Origin: Phoronis australis
Taxonomy: Eukaryota; Animalia; Phoronida
Assembly (NCBI GenBank): GCA_002633005.1
Contig: NMRA01000004.1
Span: 2,211,935-2,275,934, forward strand
DNA: 64,000 nt
Reading direction: 5' to 3'
Positions within the stretch are counted from its first letter, which is position 1. Each line of letters starts with the position of its first letter. The notes beneath the pieces are model-generated. The model ran no database searches. It saw only the letters and a list, made by a program, of their open reading frames with translations, and was not told the origin of the DNA. This document shows positions 27,801-38,300 of the stretch, piece after piece. The position numbers and the translations under genes were made by a program.

Positions 27801-30800
27801 TTAACTCTAAGTAAGGAATAATGAGCAATTTGTAACATTCCTGGTGAGTTAGTCACATGAGCTATTAATTCACCTGTGGACAAAAATAGTCAGCGAGCAG
27901 TGATCGACCCTGTCAATAGTATTTGACTTTCTCACCTTGATCCCTGTTGTTTAAATCTTCCACTAATGGAGTAATTCCATCTATTGATGGTGAACTCTTA
28001 TTCAAAACGTTCCCACGCACACTGTCTGCCAGTTGCTTACAGAAAGTAAGCTGCACAACAGTCATTAAAATATAAACAATTAGCCTATGGGTCGTATGTG
28101 TTGTTAATACCTTTTCTTATCTTGGTAGTTGCTAACAGTTAATACTGCACAGTCCAAAAGTTATCCGACTCGTTGCCAACGGTTTGGACAAAAATTTTTG
28201 TGACCACAGCTGCTGTAGTTTACCAGTAGCACTTTGCGAGTAACTTACGTTTTTTGTTGTAAAAGTACCTGATACTGAGTGACGCATTTCTTGCTTTTCA
28301 CGGAAACAATGTGATAGATTCTCGTTCACCTTGACTCTGTACTTTCAATTCCTGTTACCTGCAGCTCCCCCAGGTATCAGTACTCCAGTCGGTGGTCCGC
28401 GTCCCGCGTGGTCGGCACCCAACCATCCAGGAATGAGGGGTGTGGTGCCGCCTTGGTCTGTGATGGCAGCAACACCAGGGCCACCTCAAGGTGTCATTGC
28501 TCGTAAGTGTGACTTGTTTTTTGTCAGTTAATACAAGCACCAAATGATAATTCAACTGTCCATCAGTTTTCTTGAAAATGTTGCGGAACCGCGCACAACA
28601 ATAATTGCCCAGACAGCTACTAATTGATGACAGAACTGTGCGAGACTGCCAAACTTTGGTAAACACTTTGCCAGAACAGTTCAAGTCAAACCTTTGTGAC
28701 AATAAAATGGAATTTTTCTAGAACTTTTGCTGGTATTTAATGGGACGTCATCTGTGCCCAAGCAATAATTGTTTAATTTAATATGTAATGTGCTTGGCGT
28801 GCTATTTCACGACATGGGCGAAGCAACTATTGCCAAATTTTGTTGACATTTAGCCAGAATTGAAACGGATTCTTGTCGAAATTTAGTAGTTATTCAACGC
28901 AGGTTAGTGCGCTGAAATTTGATGTTGACCAGTTTGTTTTGAAAACCACTATATTTCTCCGGGAAGGTCCTCCTTGAAGGTCATGCACAGGCATCCTGCA
29001 GGCAGATTTCATCCTAATAGTTTGTTTTGATCCACAGGGCCAGGACAGGTAGATTCACAGATGTCATCGTTTCAACAACAACTTGGTGCCATGTCTGTTG
29101 GTAAGAGAGATGTTGAGTGCTTGTTTATAGCTGATACAAGCGTGTCTTCAGTTAGGGCTGTTCCAGTAAAATCTGTATGGGGGGGAAGGCACCTTTTTTT
29201 CGCACCCACCACCCATATTTTTCATTTATTTCTTCAGCCTACCACCCGTAATTTTTTATAAGTTTGAAATGCAAGCACCCGTAATTTTTTTTTTGTTCTA
29301 GTGGTTGACTGCACAGGCGCTTGAGTTTATCTGTTCCTCCATCACCACTAACGTCATTCATTACTAAGAAAACATATGTTTCTTATATATGGTTATTAGC
29401 CGTCGAGAAATTCGAGCACCTGTGGTTAAATGGTGTTATGGGCATGCCGATGAGGAGATCGGAGGGAATGAAAAAGTCGGAGCTTTTTGCAAGTTGCATT
29501 TTTGTTTCAGTTTTTGATTCTGTGCGGATTTTTTATAAAATTTACTAAAATTACCCACCATCAAACATTTATGGCCCAATGAAACAACAACGACCTGTAA
29601 ACTTTAATTTTTTTGAAGTACGACCACCAGCCATTTTGAATTTAAATCAAACGCAACCACCCATAAATTTTTATTTCAGTTGCCTTCCCCCCCTCCCACA
29701 CAGATTTTGCTGGAACAGCCCTTATAGAATTATCTTCTGATTCAACCAGATTATAAGACTAGCCTTCACTTATTACTAATAGATGTAATGTGATTTCTGC
29801 TCTACGGAAGGACTAATTGCCTTTGCTTGTGAGAATGCTAGAAGCATTCGTCATAGGCTACATCGATTTTTTTCACAAAAGGCGAGTTTAGGCAGCTGTG
29901 CTCCGTCTCATCCTGATTTTAAAACCTCACCAACTTTAGACACAAATATATTTTTCAAGACTAGTTAGTTTTAAACAGTTTCATGTTGTCAATGACTTAA
30001 TAGCAGAATGGTTTCAGTTTGTCAAAACATTGTTTAATGGTAAAGGATTAGACTGGTGGTACTTGCCTTCCATGAAATTTTCGAAAACCAGATTCCAGAT
30101 TTCATTAGACCCCACATTGTGATCTAAATTGGGAAATTTCATCGTATTCGGCATTTTTGTGATTTTGTGTTGAACAAACCACACCTGTGTGCCAGATTAC
30201 CAATGTCACACTAAAGGTGTGGAGTGTTAATGAAGGTGATAGAAGAGATTGTATCCTAGAAGCATGAATTGATCTTAACAGATTATCCGTGTTATGCCTG
30301 ATGTGTTTTGATGTTTAAAAGATGCTTGAACCCAGTTTCGTTGAAATCATAAGATAGGGTTTAGTGTCATGGCTAACAATTGGGAATCAATTGATGGGTT
30401 CCAAAATCGACAAGTCAAGTTCCATTCATTGATTTAAATTCAAAATCAAAAAACTCTCCTTAAATTTACATCTGGATATTCCAATACAAATTCAATTCAT
30501 AATTAAGCAGTAAACCAAAACAGACCGACAGGCCCGTGTAGGCCCTCAACATGATAGTTTGGGGTCTTCTAATATATTCCACAGCCAGGGGCCTAAGTTA
30601 GCAGATCGAAGTAGACATTAAATCAACCATGACAATCGTACTTTCCTGGCTTAAGTAAATTATTACACGGAAATTCAGCAAAATTGTGCAATATAAGCAG
30701 AAGTTCTACAAAAATGATTCTTGCATTACTTCAACATACCCTGGACAACTGCTGGATACCCTGAAAAACTTCCGTGTATTTTAACAATAGTGCCATTTCT

Positions 30801-31542
30801 GTTACCAACTTGAGTCACAGACAATGTGCCTCTATGCCATTTTCGAATTTGCAATTGTAGGGTTGGCCAACGCTTTGCAGTTGTAAGGTTGGCCAACACT
30901 TTGCAGTTGTAGGGCTGGCCAACGTTTTGCAGTTGTAGGGTTGGCCAACGCTTTGCAGTTGTAGGGTTGGCCAACGCTTTGCAGTTGTGGGGTTGGCCAA
31001 CACTTTGCAGTTGTGGGGTTGGCCAACGCTTTGCAGTTGTGGGGTTGGCCAACACTTTGCAGTTGTAGGATTGGCCAACAGTTGCAGTTGTACGGTCGGC
31101 TAACACTTTGCAGTTGTAGGGTCGGCCAACACGTTTTCTTATTGTTGATGATTTTGATGTTCATTTTGTTGTTACCAGAAATAGAATCCCATCACAGTAA
31201 GGAATATGGTGAGACCAACTTTATCATAGTATAAGGCCGAATACAATTACGTTTTTAACCAGTTCACCGGCAAATTGCAGCTTTAAGTGTGAGGTTATTA
31301 ATTGTTGCTGTTATTACATGGTAGTTATCCATAGTTGTACACTGATGCTACATCCACTATGTTAGATCCTGTATGGTAATGTGGGTAGTTATCCATAGTT
31401 GTACACTGATGCTACATCCAATATGTTAGATCCTGTATGGCAATTTGGGATAATGGCAATTAATAACTTCTCTTTAGGTGGAGGCCGGGGTCGAGGCCGT
31501 GGTGTGTTTTGTCCATCAGCGCCACCTGGCTTCAGCACATGA
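12738..31542 (+). CDS. MAEL: Protein maelstrom homolog (HMG box + MAEL RNase H-like domain + long low-complexity C-terminal tail), whole gene, ~613 aa
   Basis: Coding exons 12738-12869, 15249-15365, 16155-16239, 17588-17734, 18309-18350, 19108-19241, 21564-21832, 22558-22777, 24434-24506, 25264-25503, 27148-27264, 28365-28502, 29038-29100, 31478-31542. All junctions are GT-AG with consistent phases. HMG-box start MPAKKQQRNAFYFYM. MAEL-specific E-H-H-C-H-C residues in PCEVG, TLHAFIDPG, STHKIP and RCQYHVDVDSNYCAL. Confidence 0.95.
13455..13676. mobile_element. Short dispersed MITE-like element, copy 2 (maelstrom intron 1)
   Basis: catgtgcgcacccag ... ctgggtgcgtgt inverted ends; homologous to 803-1067. 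Confidence 0.55.
13910..14100 (+). repeat. Dispersed repeat (TAGCCAGCCAG-terminal transposon end), copy 1
   Basis: Aligns with 43844-44040 (ggtaccact..tagacccc.aaattt.cacagcc.gggta.ttctgctcgtcacctcg). Confidence 0.65.
15249..15365 (+). CDS. MAEL: maelstrom exon 2 (HMG box, C-terminal half)
   Basis: ttttag|MLPDKEKQRFEDMAKEYKKRMRGAEGDKGRYDNVGNIIA|gtaagt. Confidence 0.93.
16155..16239 (+). CDS. MAEL: maelstrom exon 3 (linker)
   Basis: ttcag|DRKDPRVEAEKRRQREQKMNISNWPPGN-G|gtaatg; phase 0 to 1. Confidence 0.88.
17588..17734 (+). CDS. MAEL: maelstrom exon 4 (start of MAEL domain)
   Basis: tgcag|VCHVKFYLIDFQILCKTEEDEWLPCEVGVVEYSMNEGITNTLHAFIDP|gtactc. Confidence 0.94.
18309..18350 (+). CDS. MAEL: maelstrom exon 5
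   Basis: ttcag|GPIPTGYRFECEST|gtaagt; matches the MAEL 'PG.iP.GfRf' motif. Confidence 0.92.
19108..19241 (+). CDS. MAEL: maelstrom exon 6
   Basis: ccag|SESTHKIPVQRFEKAERDYSLLYTRLVNFANPGDKNEEVAPYYTL|gtttgt. Confidence 0.92.
21564..21832 (+). CDS. MAEL: maelstrom exon 7 (Zn-binding C-H-C)
   Basis: ctcag|VSETRKVYKCLQWL...YDYESNTRCQYHVDVDSNYCALGDCMKR|gtgagt. Confidence 0.94.
22558..22777 (+). CDS. MAEL: maelstrom exon 8 (end of MAEL domain)
   Basis: tgcag|AYAMSDTLANLYDFTVSERHLP...YRYGNQKM|gtatga. Confidence 0.92.
24434..24506 (+). CDS. MAEL: maelstrom exon 9
   Basis: ttctag|EVKKVPPANYEAEPKSTMRRPNAP|gtacta; phase 0 to 1 bridges exons 8 and 10. Confidence 0.8.
25264..25503 (+). CDS. MAEL: maelstrom exon 10 (Pro/Ser/Gln-rich, internal 45-bp duplication)
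   Basis: ccag|AVASQIPSARPAQPP x2...VVPPWSIG...SPPPWVMNQLTAGM|gtaggt. Confidence 0.82.
25621..26984. mobile_element. hAT-like non-autonomous element
   Basis: 12-bp TIR CAGGGCTCGACA / TGTCGAGCCCTG; TSD not recognisable. Confidence 0.5.
26011..26215 (+). mobile_element. tRNA-derived SINE-like element
   Basis: A-box-like tagccttatgg, B-box gagttcaagtcc, then a ccttgag core-like segment. Confidence 0.5.
27148..27264 (+). CDS. MAEL: maelstrom exon 11
   Basis: tatag|AGMGRGTIPPMRFASQPGQSAATVATQPAAAWQQSSPVR|gtatga. Confidence 0.8.
27651..27776. repeat. Tandem duplication, ~63 bp x2
   Basis: cagcttttagtgttaaactgtttctctctgctcatcagtgtaactaga.. repeated. Confidence 0.9.
28365..28502 (+). CDS. MAEL: maelstrom exon 12
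   Basis: tgcag|APPGISTPVGGPRPAWSAPNHPGMRGVVPPWSVMAATPGPPQGVIA|gtaagt. Confidence 0.82.
29038..29100 (+). CDS. MAEL: maelstrom exon 13
   Basis: cacag|RPGQVDSQMSSFQQQLGAMSV|gtaaga. Confidence 0.78.
29155..29721. mobile_element. PIF/Harbinger-type (Tourist-like) MITE
   Basis: TTA|GGGCTGTTCCAGTAAAATCTGT ... ACAGATTTTGCTGGAACAGCCC|TTA; TTA TSD. Confidence 0.8.
30848..31131. repeat. 26-bp minisatellite, ~11 copies
   Basis: Unit ttgcagttgtagggttggccaac(g/a)ct; it explains the repetitive minus-strand ORFs here. Confidence 0.92.
31320..31444. repeat. Tandem duplication, ~65 bp x2
   Basis: ggtagttatccatagttgtacactgatgctacatcca.tatgttagatcctgtatgg repeated just upstream of the exon 14 acceptor. Confidence 0.88.
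31478..31542 (+). CDS. MAEL: maelstrom exon 14 (stop-containing)
   Basis: tttag|GGGRGRGRGVFCPSAPPGFST*; followed 5 nt later by donor gtgagt at 31548. Confidence 0.8.
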
Positions 31543-32714
31543 AACAAGTGAGTATACTGTCATTTTCATTGATTTTGTCTGGCTCTGGAAGCATAAGTGT
31601 CATTTGCCAGAATGATGAACTTTGAAGTTCTTTGCCTGTCCTGGTGGGTGAATTGACCAGTACTTATCTAGTCCGAGTCGAACCTCATATCAAAAGCTTT
31701 GGATTCTTTGTATGAAATAACTGGTAGTCACAAATATCACACTGTGTTCCCTCGTGGTTCAGTGTCCATTTGCATACTAGGACGATTTAACGGGTATACA
31801 GTGTTGGTCTCAAAGGGTCTAACTGCAAATTTCTAATGGAAAATGTCCCTGGAACCATAAAAACAGAATGCCTAACACACTTTCTTAATAGTACTAGTAT
31901 GTACCCACACGTGTAAAGGTGCATACTGCAATACTCTCGTCCGGTGATGCATTTCCTAAAACTTTTGCTGTATCTACAGTCATGAAATCGACGGATTAGT
32001 TCCTATGTTGATTATAGGGAACGATGACGACTTTTGAACGGACTCAGCTACTGCTGTGCCCCCTAGTGGCAATTTCGTTTTTTGCGCTTGCCTCCATTTT
32101 CAGCAAATATGCCTCAATGGAGATGACCACAACCCTTTACCAATGTGAGACAGATTGTGCGGTCTATAGTGGACATTTTAAAAAATTGTTTTTGGATCTA
32201 TTTTGGCATCCGCCTCTCAGCTAAACTGCTTGAAGGATTGTGAAATTTAGATGTTCCTGTTGAGGAGAGCATCACCGACGACAAGTTTTGGATAGGTTTA
32301 ATCACATCAGTGTCCCCTAGTGGCAATTTTGTTCTCTTGTTTCTTGATAGATCTTGAAATTCATCTAATACATTTCGATGACATAAATAACAACCAGTTT
32401 AAGATTTTTTTCACACATCCCAGTGGTCATTATTATAATTTTCGTATTTTTGGCATCATCCTTCCTATCCAGAATCACTTGAAGAATCATCTCAAACTTT
32501 AGCAGACTGTTAGTATTAAGAAGAGCATGGGCAACGCTTAGTTTTGGACTGGTCTACTGTACGTAAATTGTACATTCTCGGTGTTGCCGAGGACTCGCCC
32601 ATTTTAGCCACTCCTTTATTGATGAGAAAATGTCCGTCTAGTGGCAAGCCGAGGTTAGGTGTTAGTAGGTGCTGGTCAACTTTCAGCAGTTGACGTGTTG
32701 ATGTTCTTTTTCAG

Positions 32715-33360
32715 AGGCAGTACACGACGGGAGTTCTAATCTCTATCAAGGAAGCCACCAGAGCAGCGTTTGAACTACGTTTTGTTTCTGTGTATAAGTT
32801 GTTGTTAAACGGGTATTGCACCCTCTTAGTACCGGTCCTACGGAGAGATATGTAGCGCAACGTACTTAGTAGGTATGGCTGCATGCTCATGAAGAACTAT
32901 TGATGCATGCAGGATTCGCGTACTTTCTACGTAGGTTGTGCACATGTAGGTGTTTCTGTTTGAGTGGCATAACGTACTGTGCTACTGGGAGTTAGTATAG
33001 CAACGTAATATCGCATAGCCTTGCACTATCTGCATCTTTTGCTCCACGCCATAAGTATGCAGAAAAATAAAATATGTTTCATTTTTGCCATTCATTTTAC
33101 ATACACCATATGTTGCTTCAGTCAGCGTATTGCCATGTAGGGCTGGTGTGAAACACTATAAGTGCTCACGTGTTAGAATAAGTGTTGTATCACTTTTAAA
33201 ATAAGTAAACTGTATACCTTTTATTTCACAAACTTAGTTTTTTTTATCGAGGACTGCCCCGCTGTTTTCCACATGACATCAGCAACATTGTTCAACATTG
33301 TTTTGAAGCATAGACAAACTCGCCTTTGGTTATGAATAAAACAGCTTTTGACCACTTATG
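32715..33360 (+). other. Probable non-coding terminal 3'UTR exon of maelstrom
   Basis: Polypyrimidine acceptor ttctttttcag ending at 32714 pairs with the donor at 31548; AATAAA at ~33066 and at 33335-33340. Confidence 0.55.
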
Positions 33361-33431
33361 ACATCCGTCTCAAATTGTTCCTGTGTCAAATTCGAGGCGA
33401 TTTCTGAGTTTGCGAAGAACTGACAGTTCCT

Positions 33432-33715
33432 CATGATTGCCCCAAACCAGACTTTACAAGTTTACTCGTGTGATTCTATATCCCAAGCATGATTGCCCCA
33501 AACCAGACTTTACAAGTTTACTCGTGTGATTCTATATCCCAAGCATGATTGCCCCAAACCAGACTTTACAAGTTTACTCGTGTGATTCTATATCCCAAGC
33601 ATGACTGCCCCAAACCAGACTTTACAAGTTTACTCGTGTGATTCTATATCCCAAGCATGATTGCCCCAAACCAGACTCTACAAGTTTACTCGTGTGATTC
33701 TATATCCCAAGCATG
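33432..33715. repeat. 56-bp minisatellite, 5 near-identical copies
   Basis: Unit catgattgccccaaaccagactttacaagtttactcgtgtgattctatatcccaag. Confidence 0.95.
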
Positions 33716-34189
33716 GTAGGGCTGGATCTACTTGGTCAACAAAAGGATCACAGCTCAGGCAGTGTCGTTTTGTTGTGCTCCAAACATATGCAAACAAATC
33801 ACTTCTCACCACAGGGAAGAAGCAAAGGCCAGTAGTTTTTCAAGGGCGTGTGATCTAAATCAAAAGTTAGGGTTCTTTGAAGACGTAGCCACTAAAATAT
33901 GTTTGAAATGACTAGCATAATATACAGGGTCCTGTTCCGAGAAAGTGACTTACCGGTAAGTTCATTTTTTACTTAAGGTTAAGATTTGTCTCAACTTCCA
34001 GACTTTTAAACTTCCACAAAATAAGAAACAAACGAACTTCTTTAAAATGCGAAAGTAAACAAGACATGCTAATCAACTCAAAAACTTTCCTTATATACGT
34101 AAATTGATGAAACCAGTCAGAGACCTACATGTACATGACATTGTATAGCTTACAGGAAGTACTCGTATGTAACCAGAGTGGTGGCAAAA

Positions 34190-34420
34190 CCTGTGAAAAT
34201 CTGGTCCAAGGCAATAATAAGCTATTGGTCCTACAGTGAAATCTGGTCTTAGGCAATAACAACCCACCAGTCCTGCAGTGAAATCTGGTCTGTGGCAATA
34301 ATAACCCATCAGTCCTACAGTGAAATCTGGTCTGAGCTCTGAGGCAATAATAACACATCCCCTCTACAGTGAAATCTGGTCTGAGGCAATAATGACCCAT
34401 CGGTTCTACAGTGAAATCTC
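34190..34420. repeat. ~41-bp degenerate minisatellite, 5-6 copies
   Basis: Unit cagtgaaatctggtctgaggcaataataacccatcagtccta. Confidence 0.88.
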
Positions 34421-35169
34421 ACCAATCTCTGGAAAAATTCCCCATGAAGACAGAACATATAAAATATGAAGCATTAATTTGATGTTACTTAGCTTTTATG
34501 AAGAAAATAATAAAAGTTTCAAATGCCTGCCTAAATCGGTTCATACACATTAATGAGATTTTACATACTCAAGCCTAGAGATCAATTGTAATCTGAATAA
34601 AGAAAATAAGGGGACAAACTTAATGGCACAGCGATACCGTACCTGTAATATTCAGAAGTAAGCTCATGGAATCATTTTGCCATTGAACAATAAGTTAACA
34701 GAAGAATGCATTCTTGCTTCTCCAGCTTGTTTTGCTTCCGTCTTTTGAGTAGCATATTCTGGATCTGTGCATTACAGTGCTCATATGTAGAGACCCTACG
34801 TTTCCGTGATAACAAAAACTGAATTCACAAAACAAGATAATACTTCGTACATTTCAGTTCCACAGTATACGTGCATGTTCACTTCTACTGAAGGTGGCGC
34901 TGTTCTTTTTTTCCAGTTTAAAAAAACAAACATGGCGTGCATCAAATTATTTGTGAAATGCAGGTGCACTACAATTCAGCAGTAACAGTAAAGAAATTCC
35001 CAAATCATTGATATGTCATTGATTTCTAAAAAAACAACGGAATTTGCTTTCTACAAAAGGGAAATTTAAGAATTTTATGTTCACAAAAATGGAAATGCCC
35101 CATCTTTGAAAACGGAAACTAAGGTCTCTACAAATGTCTGCTATTCTGTCCCAAAATGTCAGAGGACCA

Positions 35170-35354
35170 CTACTGACTGACGGCTGAACCCGAGCCACTT
35201 TCACTAACTGATTCGCAGTGTTCACTATTTAACTTGCTGGCCATCTCCTGGTACTTTTCTTTCCTGTAAGATCTCCTAGCTTCATCGAGCAGAATGTTTG
35301 TGAGGTAATTGCTGGAATCCCTCTGTTTTGGTAAGACTGGAGGATAGGGGTTTC
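35170..35354 (-). CDS. MRPL17: MRPL17 exon 4 (last coding exon)
   Basis: tgtag|GNPYPPVLPKQRDSSNYLTNILLDEARRSYRKEK...SAVSQ*. Confidence 0.94.
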
Positions 35355-38300
35355 CTACAAAAGCAATTTTGATGTGGATAAAATTCCATGACAATAACAT
35401 TTATGCCTGTCAGCTTACATTATAAAACTGGTCTCAACCTGTTTTTGAAGTACTCGGACTAGAAGACTGTGCATACACAGGCACCTTTAATCAGCCCTCG
35501 ATGATATACTATAATTGACGCCAACGGATCATCTCGGTCACAATGCTTTACTGAGAATGTTGCCCGTTGAATTAGGAAAATACGGAGGTTTTTCAATGTC
35601 AACAAATGTAACTACTGAACGTGTTGCAGTCGCAGATAAATGGTGACTTAAATTACTCCCAGATTTGACATGCTTTGAGTTATTCCGGAAGTGCCTGGTG
35701 GGCGTCCTTGTTGGATACCAGTTGCAAACCTTTCTCTTTATTAGTATATCGCCAAGGGCTGATTAAAGGTGCCTGCGGTGTACAAGACCAAACTCAATCA
35801 ACTGAACTGACCCAGCACATTTTATGCAGGGAACGAAGAGTACTAACAAACAATAGGGCGGTCCCAGATTACACAGCGACTCTTGAATCTCGCTTTATTT
35901 ACCCACAATTAGGTAAACAACCGTCAAACACATTTGCTGCCTCGTTTTCGTGCCACTGAAGTTTTACATGTTAAGTGTTGTCTGATTAACAAGTTTTTAT
36001 CGGTTGCATCAATCTATCCGTCTATCCAAAGCCAACCAAGTATTACTGCTCTGCTTTGGTCTGCAACTCTGATGTGGAAAAGTTTGATAAACTGGACATA
36101 TATCCGAGGATGTGTAATCTGAAATTCTTCGCCTTCCCGACGTTAATGACGTGCCTGGTTTCCAAAATGAGGTCACATGCTTTCTTATCTCCAGGACAAA
36201 GGAGAGTTTTATCGCCGTGTAATTCCGGACGGCCTTTATTGATTCTTCCTTTAGCACAAAATTCACATTTCTGAGTGAGGAACAAGTCAAGATCAAATTT
36301 AAGATTTAAGTGTTCAAAATGAAAAGCTAACATTTAATTGACAGGTGTATTCATAGCATCTTTAAATAACACCGGTGTATTTAACACACCTTTAAATAGC
36401 ACAGAAGCCAAAACAAAGTATTTGCTCCTTATTGGAAATTTCAAGAACGGCACCAAAAATAATTTCAAGCAATGTACTAGTAGTTTATGACACATGGATC
36501 AAAAACCATGAGCAGTCAAGTGTGCAAATCCGGTCATTGTAAACTTGTACAAAGAATAATCTATGAAGAGTTTTATTGTTGACTCAGAAACTTTCCATAC
36601 CAGGCAAATGACAAGGTTATGCAAGAACTTATAGACTCACTAATTTTATTAAATAACATTTTCTGAACAAACATACAAACCATATGTCTTTGGTAATGCA
36701 ACTACCCTCAAAGCAAATTTCAACTATAATGTATTTATTTTCCTCTGAATCCCTAAAACACTTATTAGGCCACGAACACGCTTATCTCAAGGTACAGTAG
36801 TTTGAGGGTACTCAATCGCTTGGTTATGGGGCCAAATATCAGCCTCATTCCCTCTGAAAAATATTTAAATATCACGCAAAACTCGCCTCATGAGGCCCAA
36901 ACATTACCCTCAAGAGATTAAAAAAATCACCTTGAGGTTTGACTTACTTGTAACTTACATAGGCGACAGCTCAGCGCAACACAAAATATTGTAGTAATGG
37001 CTACTCGAAGCAGAACCTATTGGGGGAGGGGGTACAAATTCCTCCTAACCCCCAAAAAATCCCCTTTCAGAAGGTACAGACACCTTTCCTCTCGGGTGAA
37101 CAAGGGGCCTGCGTATTCAAAATAATCTAAACAGAATTCTGTCAAACTCTGCCAAACTTGTGTTAAGTTCTTGCCAGATACGACAATTTAGTCTAACTAT
37201 TGTCGCTGAACAATAAAATAGCATTATATGAAGCTTTTCTCAGAGTTTAATTTGACATTGCACCAAGCCACACATTGTTAATTTATGAAAACAGCAGACT
37301 TGTGCAGTACGCTGTCACGATTTCAAAAATAAATATGGAGCAACATCTGTCTAGAGTTTGTTGAGATCTATGCAGAATTAAATGGATTCTAGTAGAAAAG
37401 AAACAGATATTTGTCTGTGGTTTTATGTGCCGACGAAACTGTGTTGATTTTCGATCTTGTCCAGTTTATTTTCACAACTACAGTACACTTTGTTCATTAC
37501 TTTTTAGTGTCCATTGCAATTATTCACTTACCTTTGAGTTCTAAAACCACAGACTTCTGCCCAGAAGGATATATCCTAGGCAATGTATACACTTGTGTAA
37601 AGCTGGTTGCATAGTTGTTGTAACGAGGGGCTAGCACTTTGAACAACTTGTGCACAAGGTCCTTTTCCTGAAAACAAACTTAACTTAAAAGATCGTGTCT
37701 AAGGAAATGTGCGTACACTTGAAGTTGCCTGCATGAAAGGGTCAGCTGATGCCAATGGTCTGCAGAAACTGGAGATAAATTTGCAAAACACTGGTAATGA
37801 TGAAGTGAAAGTACTGAGTACTTACTTACTTAATACAAACTCACTTAAATTCGAACTTATAAATTTTCTAAAGTTAGGAAGTAATGCAATCAGGGCACAT
37901 TAGATTACAGCAACCGACCATTCTGCTTTGGGCAGATACCACAGAGATCTTGTGATGACTTCTACCAGCATATTTTTGTAGTGCTTTTCCACGATATACA
38001 ACCTAGGATTTTTCACAGCCACAACAAAAATTACTGGAGTTTCTAAGTTGTGACAGACATCTTCTAGTGGTATGGCCTAGATCCAAATGGCTCATTTATT
38101 AATTTTGCAATTTGGGCAACTATGATTCTGCACTGTCGCTTTTAATCAGTTTTCTATGCATTACCGGTTGTTACTATATTTCTCTGTAAGAAGACAGATC
38201 TATACAGAATAATTGTGAAAATTAGGACCCACGTTTAGAAATTTGGCTATCATTGTGAAGACTAATCTGCAGATGGATCCTTGGTCACACAGCATGGTAG

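Noticed and set aside
30726-31164. Three repetitive minus-strand ORFs (CKALANPTTAKRWPTLQLQ)
   Set aside because: Translation of a stop-free 26-bp minisatellite inside a Mael intron.
33432-33715. CRISPR-like regular repeat
   Set aside because: Units are head-to-tail with no unique spacers, there are no cas genes, and the context is eukaryotic.
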